Program-made: the position numbers and the translations under genes | Shown here: positions 22,312 to 35,100 of the stretch, one piece after another | Numbering within the stretch: position 1 is the stretch's first letter | Layout: each line of letters starts with the position of its first letter | Assembly (NCBI GenBank): GCA_032718475.1 | Contig: JAUCBJ010001607.1 | Coordinates: forward strand, 1 to 63,524 | DNA length: 63,524 bases | Reading direction: 5' to 3' | From: Nemertoderma westbladi | Taxonomy: Eukaryota > Animalia > Xenacoelomorpha | Notes under the pieces: generated by a model | Database searches by the model: none | What the model was told of the DNA's origin: nothing | The model's input: the letters and a program-made list of their open reading frames with translations, nothing else

Positions 22312-22406
22312 CGGTCGGTCAGCAATAGGCCTAACTTTGCAAAATGCAGTATTATTGCCTAGTAACCAATTCATGGTTACTATATGGTTTTCACTTTGAG
22401 ACATTT

Positions 22407-22817
22407 CGCCCTCTAGCGGCAGACTGAGGAACTTCAGACTACTCTGTGACTCTGCAAAAGATATAGCCCATATTGTAATAGATACCGACTGGGGGTCAAA
22501 ATTAAGTAATAATTTATCTAAATAAGTCTCAAACATCTTGCCTCATGGTTCGCCCCTTAGAACTCTTAAGCAATATAACTTCATAGTTTTGCGGATTGTA
22601 AATAACAAAGCTAGAGAAGATGTTAATTTTCAAATAATACGCCCTCTAACGGCAGACAGGGGCACTTCAGACTACTCTTTGACTCCGGAAAAGATATGGC
22701 CTATGCCGTAGTAGATGCCTACCGAGTTTAAACCTATTCGGAATGAAAATAACAAAGTTAGAGAAGATGTTAATTTTCAGATAATACTCCCTCTAGCGGC
22801 AGACTATGGAACTGCAG
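22407..22817 (-). promoter_or_regulatory. Three extended CTCF-type motifs, copy 1
   Basis: Minus strand CTG(A/C)AGT(T/G)CC-n5-CTGCCG(C/T)TAGAGGG(C/A)G at 22407-22437, 22640-22670 and 22787-22817: core motif plus upstream module at canonical spacing. Confidence 0.7.
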
Positions 22818-23150
22818 ACGGCTGGATATAGGAAAGAGTAATTAGTAATCAGAGGTGTCATGAGAGGGGTGCGGGGCGCTTGGATACAACTATTATTAAT
22901 AAGCTGTTGCTTGGTTAAAGCTAATTGGGGGTCAAAGGTCAACGATAAAACTGTCTGGATATAGATAAGAGTAATTAGTTACCAGTGAGGGAGCTGTATA
23001 CCCTATGGCTAAGTATAACGAGATGAAAGTCAATGAGGTAATTTAGAAACCAATATATAAAACTAATTATTGGTAAATCTTAAAATTAAGTACAAATAAA
23101 TAATTAATTTAAAATTAAATACAAATAAATATATATAAATACATTAAATA

Positions 23151-26100
23151 GTAATGTATCAGACCAAACACAGGTCAGTTCCCGGTAGTACCAAGTTGTA
23201 AATGTATCAAACCAAACACAGGTCAGTTCCCGGTAGTACCAAGTTGTAATGTATCAGACCAAACACAGGCCAGTTCCCGGTAATACCAAGTTGTAATGTG
23301 TCAAACCAAACATCGGTCAGTTCCCGGTAGTACCAAGTTGTAAATGTATCAAGCCAAACACAGGTCAGTTCCCGGTAGTACCAAGTTGTAATGTATCAGA
23401 CCAAACACAGGCCAGTTCCCGGTAATACCAAGTTGTAATGTGTCAAACCAAACATCGGTCAGTTCCCGGTAGTACCAAGTTGTAAATGTATCAAACCAAA
23501 CACAGGTCAGTTCCCGGTAGTACCAAGTTGTAATGTATCATACCAAATACAGGTCAGTTCCCGGTAGTACCAAGTTGTAAATGTATCAAACCAAACACAG
23601 GCCAGTTCCCGGTAGTACCAAGTTGTAATGTATCAGACCAAACACAGGTCAGTTCCCGGTAGTACCAAGTTGTAATGTATCAGACCAAACACAGGTCAGT
23701 TCCCGGTAGTACCAAGTTGTAAATGTATCAAACCAAACACAGGCTAGTTCCCGGTAGTACCAAGTTGTAAATGTATCAAACCAAACACAGATCAGTTCCC
23801 GGTAGTACCAAGTTGTAATGTACCAAACCAAACTGAGGTTTGTTCCCGGTAGTACCAAGTTGTAATGTATCAAACCAAACGCAGGTCAGTTCCCGGTAGT
23901 ACCAAGTTGTAATGTATCAAACCAAACTCAGGTCAGTTCCCGGTAGTACCAAGTTGCAATGCATCAAACCAAACACAGGTCAGTTCCCGGTAGTACTAAG
24001 TTGTAATGTATCAGACCAAACACAGGTCAGTTCCCGGAAGTGCTAAGTTGTAATGTATCAGACCAAACACAGGTCAGTTCCTGGTAGTACCAAGTTGTAA
24101 TGTATCAAACCAAACACAGGTCAGTTCCCGGTAGTACCAAGTTGTAATGTATCAGACCAGACACAGGTCAGTTCCCGGTAGTACCAAGTTGTAATGTGTC
24201 AAACCAAACATCGGTCAGTTCCCGGTAGTACCAAGTTGTAAATGTATCAAACCAAACACAGGTCAGTTCCCGGTAGTACCAAGTTGTAATGTATCAGACC
24301 AAACACATGTCAGTTCCCGGCAGTACTAAGTTGTAATGTATCAGACCAAACACAGGTCAGTTCCCGGTAGTACCAAGTTGTAATATATCAAACCAAACAC
24401 AGGTCAGTTCCCGGTCGTACCAAGTTGTAATGTATCAAACCAAACACAGGTCAGTTCCCGGTCGGTAGTACCAAGTTGTAATGTGTCAAACCAAACATCG
24501 GTCAGTTCCCGGTAGTACCAAGTTGTAATGTATCAAACCAAACATCGGTCAGTTCCCGGTAGTACCAAGTTGTAAATGTATCAAACCAAACACAGGCCAG
24601 TTCCCGGTAGTACCAAGTTGTAAATGTATCAAACCAAACACAGATCAGTTCCCGGTAGTACCAAGTTGTAATGTACCAAAGCAAACTGAGGTTTGTTCCC
24701 GGTAGTACCAAGTTGTAATGTGTCAAACCAAACATCGGTCAGTTCCCGGTAGTACCAAGTTGTAAATGTATCAAACCAAACACAGGTCAGTTCCCGGTAG
24801 TACCAAGTTGTAATGTATCAGACCAAACACATGTCAGTTCCCGGCAGTACTAAGTTGTAATGTATCAGACCAAACACAGGTCAGTTCCCGGTAGTACCAA
24901 GTTGTAATATATCAAACCAAACACAGGTCAGTTCCCGGTCGTACCAAGTTGTAATGTATCAGTCCAAACACAGGTCAGTTCCCGGTAGTACCAAGTTGTA
25001 ATGTATCAAACCAAACATAGGTCAGTTCCCGGTAGTACCAAGTTGTAAATGTATCAAACCAAACACAGGCCAGTTCCCGGTCGGTAGTACCAAGTTGTAA
25101 TGTGTCAAACCAAACATAGGTCAGTTCCCGGTAGTACCAAGTTGTAATGTATCAAACCAAACATAGGTCAGTTCCCGGTAGTACCAAGTTGTAAATGTAT
25201 CAAACCAAACACAGGCCAGTTCCCGGTCGGTAGTACCAAGTTGTAATGTATCAGACCAAACACATGTCAGTTCCCGGCAGTACTAAGTTGTAATGTATCA
25301 TACCAAACACAGGTCAGTTCCCGGTAGTACCAAGTTGTAAGGTATCAAACCAAACACAGGTCAGTTCCCGGTCGGTAGTACCAAGTTGTAATGTGTCAAA
25401 CCAAACATCGGTCAGTTCCCGGTAGTACCAAGTTGTAATGTATCAAACCAAACATCGGTCAGTTCCCGGTAGTACCAATTTGTAATGTATCAAACCAAAC
25501 ACAGGTCAGTTCCCGGTCAGTAGTACCAAGTTGTAATGTGTCAAACGAAACATAGGTCAGTTCCCGGTAGTACCAAGTTGTAATGTATCAAACCAAACAT
25601 AGGTCAGTTCCCGGTAGTACCAAGTTGTAAATGTATCAAACCAAACACAGGCCAGTTCCCGGTCGGTAGTACCAAGTTGTAATGTATCAGACCAAACACA
25701 TTTCAGTTCCCGGCAGTACTAAGTTGTAATGTATCAGACCAAACACAGGTCAGTTCCCGGTAGTACCAAGTTGTAATATATCAAACCAAACACAGGTCAG
25801 TTCCCGGTAGTACCAAGTTGTAATGTATCAGTCCAAACACAGGTCAGTTCCCGGTAGTACCAAGTTGTAATGTATCAAACCAAACATAGGTCAGTTCCCG
25901 GTAGTACCAAGTTGTAAATGTATCAAACCAAACACAGGCCAGTTCCCGGTCGGTAGTACCAAGTTGTAATGTGTCAAACCAAACATAGGTCAGTTCCCGG
26001 TAGTACCAAGTTGTAATGTATCAAACCAAACATAGGTCAGTTCCCGGTAGTACCAAGTTGTAAATGTATCAAACCAAACACAGGCCAGTTCCCGGTCGGT

Positions 26101-29100
26101 AGTACCAAGTTGTAATGTATCAGACCAAACACATGTCAGTTCCCGGCAGTACTAAGTTGTAATGTATCATACCAAACACAGGTCAGTTCCCGGTAGTACC
26201 AAGTTGTAATGTATCAAACCAAACACAGGTCAGTTCCCGGTCGGTAGTACCAAGTTGTAATGTGTCAAACCAAACATCGGTCAGTTCCCGGTAGTACCAA
26301 GTTGTAATGTATCAAACCAAACATCGGTCAGTTCCCGGTAGTACCAAGTTGTAATGTATCAAACCAAACACAGGTCAGTTCCCGGTCGGTAGTACCAAGT
26401 TGTAATGTGTCAAACCAAACATCGGTCAGTTCCCGGTAGTACCAAGTTGTAATGTATCAAACCAAACATCGGTCAGTTCCCGGTAGTACCAAGTTGTAAT
26501 GTATCAAACCAAACACAGGTCAGTTCCCGGTAGTACCAAGTTGTAATGTATCAAACCAAACATCGGTCAGTTCCCGGTAGTACCAAGTTGTAAATGTATC
26601 AAACCAAACACAGGCCAGTTCCCGGTAGTACCAAGTTGTAAATGAATCAAACCAAACACAGGTCAGTTCCCGGTAGTACCAAGTTGTAATGTAACAGACC
26701 AAACACAGGTCAGTTCCCGGTCGGTAGTACCAAGTTGTAATGTGTCAAACCAAACATCGGTCAGTTCCCGGTAGTACCAAGTTGTAATGTATCAAACCAA
26801 ACACAGGTCAGTTCCCGGTAGTACCAAGTTGTAATGTATCAGACCAAACACAGGTCAGTTCCCGGTAGTACCAAGTTGTAATGTGTCAAACCAAACATCG
26901 GTCAGTTCCCGGTAGTACCAAGTTGTAAATGTATCAAACCAAACACAGGTCAATTCCCGGTAGTACCAAGTTGTAATGTATCAAACCAAACACAGGTTAG
27001 TTCCCGGTAGTACCAAGTTGTAATGTATCAGACCAAACACAGGCCAGTTCCCGGTAATACCAAGTTGTAATGTGTCAAACCAAACATCGGTCAGTTCCCG
27101 GTAGTACCAAGTTGTAATGTATCATACCAAATACAGGTCAGTTCCCGGTAGTACCAAGTTGTAAATGTATCAAACCAAACACAGGCCAGTTCCCGGTAGT
27201 ACCAAGTTGTAAATGTATCAAACCAAACACAGATCAGTTCCCGGTAGTACCAAGTTGTAATGTACCAAAGCAAACTGAGGTTTGTTCCCGGTAGTACCAA
27301 GTTGTAATGTATCAAACCAAACTCAGGTCAGTTCCCGGTACTACCAAGTTGTAATGTATCAAACCAAACACAGGTCAGTTCCCGGTAGTACTAAGTTGTA
27401 ATGTATCATACCAAACACAGGTCAGTTCCCGGAAGTGCTAAGTTGTAATGTATCAGACCAAACACAGGTCAGTTCCCGGTAGTACCAAGTTGTAATGTAT
27501 CAAACCAAACACAGGTCAGTTCCCGGTAGTACCAAGTTGTAATGTATCAGACCAGACACAGGTCAGTTCCCGGTAGTACCAATTTGTAATGTATCAAACC
27601 AAACACAGGTCAGTTCCCGGTCGGTAGTACCAAGTTGTAATGTGTCAAACGAAACATAGGTCAGTTCCCGGTAGTACCAAGTTGTAATGTATCAAACCAA
27701 ACATAGGTCAGTTCCCGGTAGTACCAAGTTGTAAATGTATCAAACCAAACACAGGCCAGTTCCCGGTCGGTAGTACCAAGTTGTAATGTATCAGACCAAA
27801 CACATTTCAGTTCCCGGCAGTACTAAGTTGTAATGTATCAGACCAAACACAGGTCAGTTCCCGGTAGTACCAAGTTGTAATATATCAAACCAAACACAGG
27901 TCAGTTCCCGGTAGTACCAAGTTGTAATGTATCAGTCCAAACACAGGTCAGTTCCCGGTAGTACCAAGTTGTAATGTATCAAACCAAACATAGGTCAGTT
28001 CCCGGTAGTACCAAGTTGTAAATGTATCAAACCAAACACAGGCCAGTTCCCGGTCGGTAGTACCAAGTTGTAATGTGTCAAACCAAACATAGGTCAGTTC
28101 CCGGTAGTACCAAGTTGTAATGTATCAAACCAAACATAGGTCAGTTCCCGGTAGTACCAAGTTGTAAATGTATCAAACCAAACACAGGCCAGCTCCCGGT
28201 CGGTAGTACCAAGTTGTAATGTATCAGACCAAACACATGTCAGTTTCCGGCAGTACTAAGTTGTAATGTATCATACCAAACACAGGTCAGTTCCCGGTAG
28301 TACCAAGTTGTAATGTATCAAACCAAACACAGGTCAGTTCCCGGTCGGTAGTACCAAGTTGTAATGTGTCAAACCAAACATCGGTCAGTTCCCGGTAGTA
28401 CCAAGTTGTAATGTATCAAACCAAACATCGGTCAGTTCCCGTTAGTACCAAGTTGTAATGTATCAAACCAAACACAGGTCAGTTCCCGGTCGGTAGTACC
28501 AAGTTGTAATGTGTCAAACCAAACATCGGTCAGTTCCCGGTAGTACCAAGTTGTAATGTATCAAACCAAACATCGGTCAGTTCCCGGTAGTACCAAGTTG
28601 TAATGTATCAAACCAAACACAGGTCAGTTCCCGGTAGTACCAAGTTGTAATGTATCAAACCAAACATCGGTTAGTTCCCGGTAGTACCAAGTTGTAAATG
28701 TATCAAACCAAACACAGGCCAGTTCCCGGTAGTACCAAGTTGTAAATGAATCAAACCAAACACAGGTTAGTTCCCGGTAGTACCAAGTTGTAATGTATCA
28801 GACCAAACACAGGCCAGTTCCCGGTAATACCAAGTTGTAATGTGTCAAACCAAACATCGGTCAGTTCCCGGTAGTACCAAGTTGTAATGTATCATACCAA
28901 ATACAGGTCAGTTCCCGGTAGTACCAAGTTGTAAATGTATCAAACCAAACACAGGCCAGTTCCCGGTAGTACCAAGTTGTAAATGTATCAAACCAAACAC
29001 AGATCAGTTCCCGGTAGTACCAAGTTGTAATGTACCAAAGCAAACTGAGGTTTGTTCCCGGTAGTACCAAGTTGTAATGTATCAAACCAAACTCAGGTCA

Positions 29101-32100
29101 GTTCCCGGTACTACCAAGTTGTAATGTATCAAACCAAACACAGGTCAGTTCCCGGTAGTACTAAGTTGTAATGTATCATACCAAACACAGGTCAGTTCCC
29201 GGAAGTGCTAAGTTGTAATGTATCAGACCAAACACAGGTCAGTTCCCGGTAGTACCAAGTTGTAATGTATCAAACCAAACACAGGTCAGTTCCCGGTAGT
29301 ACCAAGTTGTAATGTATCAGACCAGACACAGGTCAGTTCCCGGTAGTACCAATTTGTAATGTATCAAACCAAACACAGGTCAGTTCCCGGTCGGTAGTAC
29401 CAAGTTGTAATGTGTCAAACGAAACATAGGTCAGTTCCCGGTAGTACCAAGTTGTAATGTATCAAACCAAACATAGGTCAGTTCCCGGTAGTACCAAGTT
29501 GTAAATGTATCAAACCAAACACAGGCCAGTTCCCGGTCGGTAGTACCAAGTTGTAATGTATCAGACCAAACACATTTCAGTTCCCGGCAGTACTAAGTTG
29601 TAATGTATCAGACCAAACACAGGTCAGTTCCCGGTAGTACCAAGTTGTAATATATCAAACCAAACACAGGTCAGTTCCCGGTAGTACCAAGTTGTAATGT
29701 ATCAGTCCAAACACAGGTCAGTTCCCGGTAGTACCAAGTTGTAATGTATCAAACCAAACATAGGTCAGTTCCCGGTAGTACCAAGTTGTAAATGTATCAA
29801 ACCAAACACAGGCCAGTTCCCGGTCGGTAGTACCAAGTTGTAATGTGTCAAACCAAACATAGGTCAGTTCCCGGTAGTACCAAGTTGTAATGTATCAAAC
29901 CAAACATAGGTCAGTTCCCGGTAGTACCAAGTTGTAAATGTATCAAACCAAACACAGGCCAGCTCCCGGTCGGTAGTACCAAGTTGTAATGTATCAGACC
30001 AAACACATGTCAGTTTCCGGCAGTACTAAGTTGTAATGTATCATACCAAACACAGGTCAGTTCCCGGTAGTACCAAGTTGTAATGTATCAAACCAAACAC
30101 AGGTCAGTTCCCGGTCGGTAGTACCAAGTTGTAATGTGTCAAACCAAACATCGGTCAGTTCCCGGTAGTACCAAGTTGTAATGTATCAAACCAAACATCG
30201 GTCAGTTCCCGTTAGTACCAAGTTGTAATGTATCAAACCAAACACAGGTCAGTTCCCGGTCGGTAGTACCAAGTTGTAATGTGTCAAACCAAACATCGGT
30301 CAGTTCCCGGTAGTACCAAGTTGTAATGTATCAAACCAAACATCGGTCAGTTCCCGGTAGTACCAAGTTGTAATGTATCAAACCAAACACAGGTCAGTTC
30401 CCGGTAGTACCAAGTTGTAATGTATCAAACCAAACATCGGTTAGTTCCCGGTAGTACCAAGTTGTAAATGTATCAAACCAAACACAGGCCAGTTCCCGGT
30501 AGTACCAAGTTGTAAATGAATCAAACCAAACACAGGTCAGTTCCCGGTAGTACCAAGTTGTAATGTAACAGACCAAACACAGGTCAGTTCCCGGTCGGTA
30601 GTACCAAGTTGTAATGTGTCAAACCAAACATCGGTCAGTTCCCGGTAGTACCAAGTTGTAATGTATCAAACCAAACACAGGTCAGTTCCCGGTAGTACCA
30701 AGTTGTAATGTATCAGACCAAACACAGGTCAGTTCCCGGTAGTACCAAGTTGTAATGTGTCAAACCAAACATCGGTCAGTTCCCGGTAGTACCAAGTTGT
30801 AAATGTATCAAACCAAACACAGGTCAATTCCCGGTAGTACCAAGTTGTAATGTATCAAACCAAACACAGGTTAGTTCCCGGTAGTACCAAGTTGTAATGT
30901 ATCAGACCAAACACAGGCCAGTTCCCGGTAATACCAAGTTGTAATGTGTCAAACCAAACATCGGTCAGTTCCCGGTAGTACCAAGTTGTAATGTATCATA
31001 CCAAATACAGGTCAGTTCCCGGTAGTACCAAGTTGTAAATGTATCAAACCAAACACAGGCCAGTTCCCGGTAGTACCAAGTTGTAAATGTATCAAACCAA
31101 ACACAGATCAGTTCCCGGTAGTACCAAGTTGTAATGTACCAAAGCAAACTGAGGTTTGTTCCCGGTAGTACCAAGTTGTAATGTATCAAACCAAACACAT
31201 GTCAGTTTCCGGCAGTACTAAGTTGTAATGTATCATACCAAACACAGGTCAGTTCCCGGTAGTACCAAGTTGTAATGTATCAAACCAAACACAGGTCAGT
31301 TCCCGGTCGGTAGTACCAAGTTGTAATGTGTCAAACCAAACATCGGTCAGTTCCCGGTAGTACCAAGTTGTAATGTATCAAACCAAACATCGGTCAGTTC
31401 CCGTTAGTACCAAGTTGTAATGTATCAAACCAAACACAGGTCAGTTCCCGGTCGGTAGTACCAAGTTGTAATGTGTCAAACCAAACATCGGTCAGTTCCC
31501 GGTAGTACCAAGTTGTAATGTATCAAACCAAACATCGGTCAGTTCCCGGTAGTACCAAGTTGTAATGTATCAAACCAAACACAGGTCAGTTCCCGGTAGT
31601 ACCAAGTTGTAATGTATCAAACCAAACATCGGTTAGTTCCCGGTAGTACCAAGTTGTAAATGTATCAAACCAAACACAGGCCAGTTCCCGGTAGTACCAA
31701 GTTGTAAATGAATCAAACCAAACACAGGTCAGTTCCCGGTAGTACCAAGTTGTAATGTAACAGACCAAACACAGGTCAGTTCCCGGTCGGTAGTACCAAG
31801 TTGTAATGTGTCAAACCAAACATCGGTCAGTTCCCGGTAGTACCAAGTTGTAATGTATCAAACCAAACACAGGTCAGTTCCCGGTAGTACCAAGTTGTAA
31901 TGTATCAGACCAAACACAGGTCAGTTCCCGGTAGTACCAAGTTGTAATGTGTCAAACCAAACATCGGTCAGTTCCCGGTAGTACCAAGTTGTAAATGTAT
32001 CAAACCAAACACAGGTCAATTCCCGGTAGTACCAAGTTGTAATGTATCAAACCAAACACAGGTTAGTTCCCGGTAGTACCAAGTTGTAATGTATCAGACC

Positions 32101-35100
32101 AAACACAGGCCAGTTCCCGGTAATACCAAGTTGTAATGTGTCAAACCAAACATCGGTCAGTTCCCGGTAGTACCAAGTTGTAATGTATCATACCAAATAC
32201 AGGTCAGTTCCCGGTAGTACCAAGTTGTAAATGTATCAAACCAAACACAGGCCAGTTCCCGGTAGTACCAAGTTGTAAATGTATCAAACCAAACACAGAT
32301 CAGTTCCCGGTAGTACCAAGTTGTAATGTACCAAAGCAAACTGAGGTTTGTTCCCGGTAGTACCAAGTTGTAATGTATCAAACCAAACTCAGGTCAGTTC
32401 CCGGTAGTACCAAGTTGTAATGTATCAAACCAAACACAGGTCAGTTCCCGGTAGTACTAAGTTGTAATGTATCATACCAAACACAGGTCAGTTCCCGGAA
32501 GTGCTAAGTTGTAATGTATCAGACCAAACACAGGTCAGTTCCCGGTAGTACCAAGTTGTAATGTATCAAACCAAACACAGGTCAGTTCCCGGTAGTACCA
32601 AGTTGTAATGTATCAGACCAGACACAGGTCAGTTCCCGGTAGTACCAAGTTGTAATGTGTCAAACCAAACATCGGTCAGTTCCCGGTGGTACCAAGTTGT
32701 AATGTATCAGACCAAACACAGGTCAGTTCCCGGTAGTACTAAGTTGTAATGTATCAGACCAAACACATGTCAGTTCCCGGCAGTACTAAGTTGTAATGTA
32801 TCAGACCAAACACAGGTCAGTTCCAGGTAGTACCACGTTGTAATATATCAAACCAAACACAGGTCAGTTCCCGGTAGTACCAAGTTGTAATGTATCAGAC
32901 CAAACACAGGTCAGTTCCCGGTAGTACCAAGTTGTAATGTGTCAAACCAAACATAGGTCAGTTCCCGGTAGTACCAAGTTGTAAATGTATCAAACCAAAC
33001 ACAGGTCAGTTCCCGGTAGTACCAAGTTGTAATGTATCATACCAAACACAGGTCAGTTCCCGGTAGTACCAAGTTGTAAATGTATCAAACCAAACACAGG
33101 TCAGTTCCCGGTAGTACTAAGTTGTAATGTATCAGACCAAACACAGGTCAGTTCCCGGTCGGTAGTACCAAGTTGTAATGTGTCAAACCAAACACAGGCC
33201 AGTTCCCGGTAGTACCAAGTTGTAAATGAATCAAACCAAACACAGGTCAGTTCCCGGTAGTACCAAGTTGTAATGTATCAAACCAAACATAGGTCAGTTC
33301 CCGGTAGTACCAAGTTGTAAATGTATCAAACCAAACACAGGCCAGTTCCCGGTCGGTAGTACCAAGTTGTAATGTGTCAAACCAAACATAGGTCAGTTCC
33401 CGGTAGTACCAAGTTGTAATGTATCAAACCAAACATAGGTCAGTTCCCGGTAGTACCAAGTTGTAAATGTATCAAACCAAACACAGGCCAGTTCCCGGTC
33501 GGTAGTACCAAGTTGTAATGTATCAGACCAAACACATGTCAGTTCCCGGCAGTACTAAGTTGTAATGTATCATACCAAACACAGGTCAGTTCCCGGTAGT
33601 ACCAAGTTGTAATGTATCAAACCAAACACAGGTCAGTTCCCGGTCGGTAGTACCAAGTTGTAATGTGTCAAACCAAACATCGGTCAGTTCCCGGTAGTAC
33701 CAAGTTGTAATGTATCAAACCAAACATCGGTCAGTTCCCGGTAGTACCAAGTTGTAATGTATCAAACCAAACACAGGTCAGTTCCCGGTCGGTAGTACCA
33801 AGTTGTAATGTATCAAACCAAACATCGGTCAGTTCCCGGTAGTACCAAGTTGTAATGTATCAAACCAAACACAGGTCAGTTCCCGGTAGTACCAAGTTGT
33901 AATGTATCAAACCAAACATCGGTCAGTTCCCGGTAGTACCAAGTTGTAAATGTATCAAACCAAACACAGGCCAGTTCCCGGTAGTACCAAGTTGTAAATG
34001 AATCAAACCAAACACAGGTCAGTTCCCGGTAGTACCAAGTTGTAATGTAACAGACCAAACACAGGTCAGTTCCCGGTCGGTAGTACCAAGTTGTAATGTG
34101 TCAAACCAAACATCGGTCAGTTCCCGGTAGTACCAAGTTGTAATGTATCAAACCAAACACAGGTCAGTTCCCGGTAGTACCAAGTTGTAATGTATCAGAC
34201 CAAACACAGGTCAGCTCCCGGTAGTACCAAGTTGTAATGTGTCAAACCAAACATCGGTCAGTTCCCGGTAGTACCAAGTTGTAAATGTATCAAACCAAAC
34301 ACAGGTCAATTCCCGGTAGTACCAAGTTGTAATGTATCAAACCAAACACAGGTTAGTTCCCGGTAGTACCAAGTTGTAATGTATCAGACCAAACACAGGC
34401 CAGTTCCCGGTAATACCAAGTTGTAATGTGTCAAACCAAACATCGGTCAGTTCCCGGTAGTACCAAGTTGTAATGTATCATACCAAATACAGGTCAGTTC
34501 CCGGTAGTACCAAGTTGTAAATGTATCAAACCAAACACAGGCCAGTTCCCGGTAGTACCAAGTTGTAAATGTATCAAACCAAACACAGATCAGTTCCCGG
34601 TAGTACCAAGTTGTAATGTACCAAAGCAAACTGAGGTTTGTTCCCGGTAGTACCAAGTTGTAATGTATCAAACCAAACTCAGGTCAGTTCCCGGTAGTAC
34701 CAAGTTGTAATGTATCAAACCAAACACAGGTCAGTTCCCGGTAGTACTAAGTTGTAATGTATCATACCAAACACAGGTCAGTTCCCGGAAGTGCTAAGTT
34801 GTAATGTATCAGACCAAACACAGGTCAGTTCCCGGTAGTACCAAGTTGTAATGTATCAAACCAAACACAGGTCAGTTCCCGGTAGTACCAAGTTGTAATG
34901 TATCAGACCAGACACAGGTCAGTTCCCGGTCGGTAGTACCAAGTTGTAATGTGTCAAACGAAACATAGGTCAGTTCCCGGTAGTACCAAGTTGTAATGTA
35001 TCAAACCAAACATAGGTCAGTTCCCGGTAGTACCAAGTTGTAAATGTATCAAACCAAACACAGGCCAGTTCCCGGTCGGTAGTACCAAGTTGTAATGTAT

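Larger units (their letters stand above)
20593..23150. repeat. Cassette of about 2.56 kb, copy 1 (ORF, promoter, 22-bp array, tRNA-like unit, CTCF motifs)
   Basis: Near-identical to 37849-40373, with the same junctions to the satellite at both ends. Confidence 0.96.

Noticed and set aside
22168-22536. 122-aa minus-strand ORF in both cassettes (also 39391-39759)
   Set aside because: Overlaps the SINE-like unit and a CTCF motif, has no recognisable domain or promoter, and the differences between copies include several amino-acid changes.
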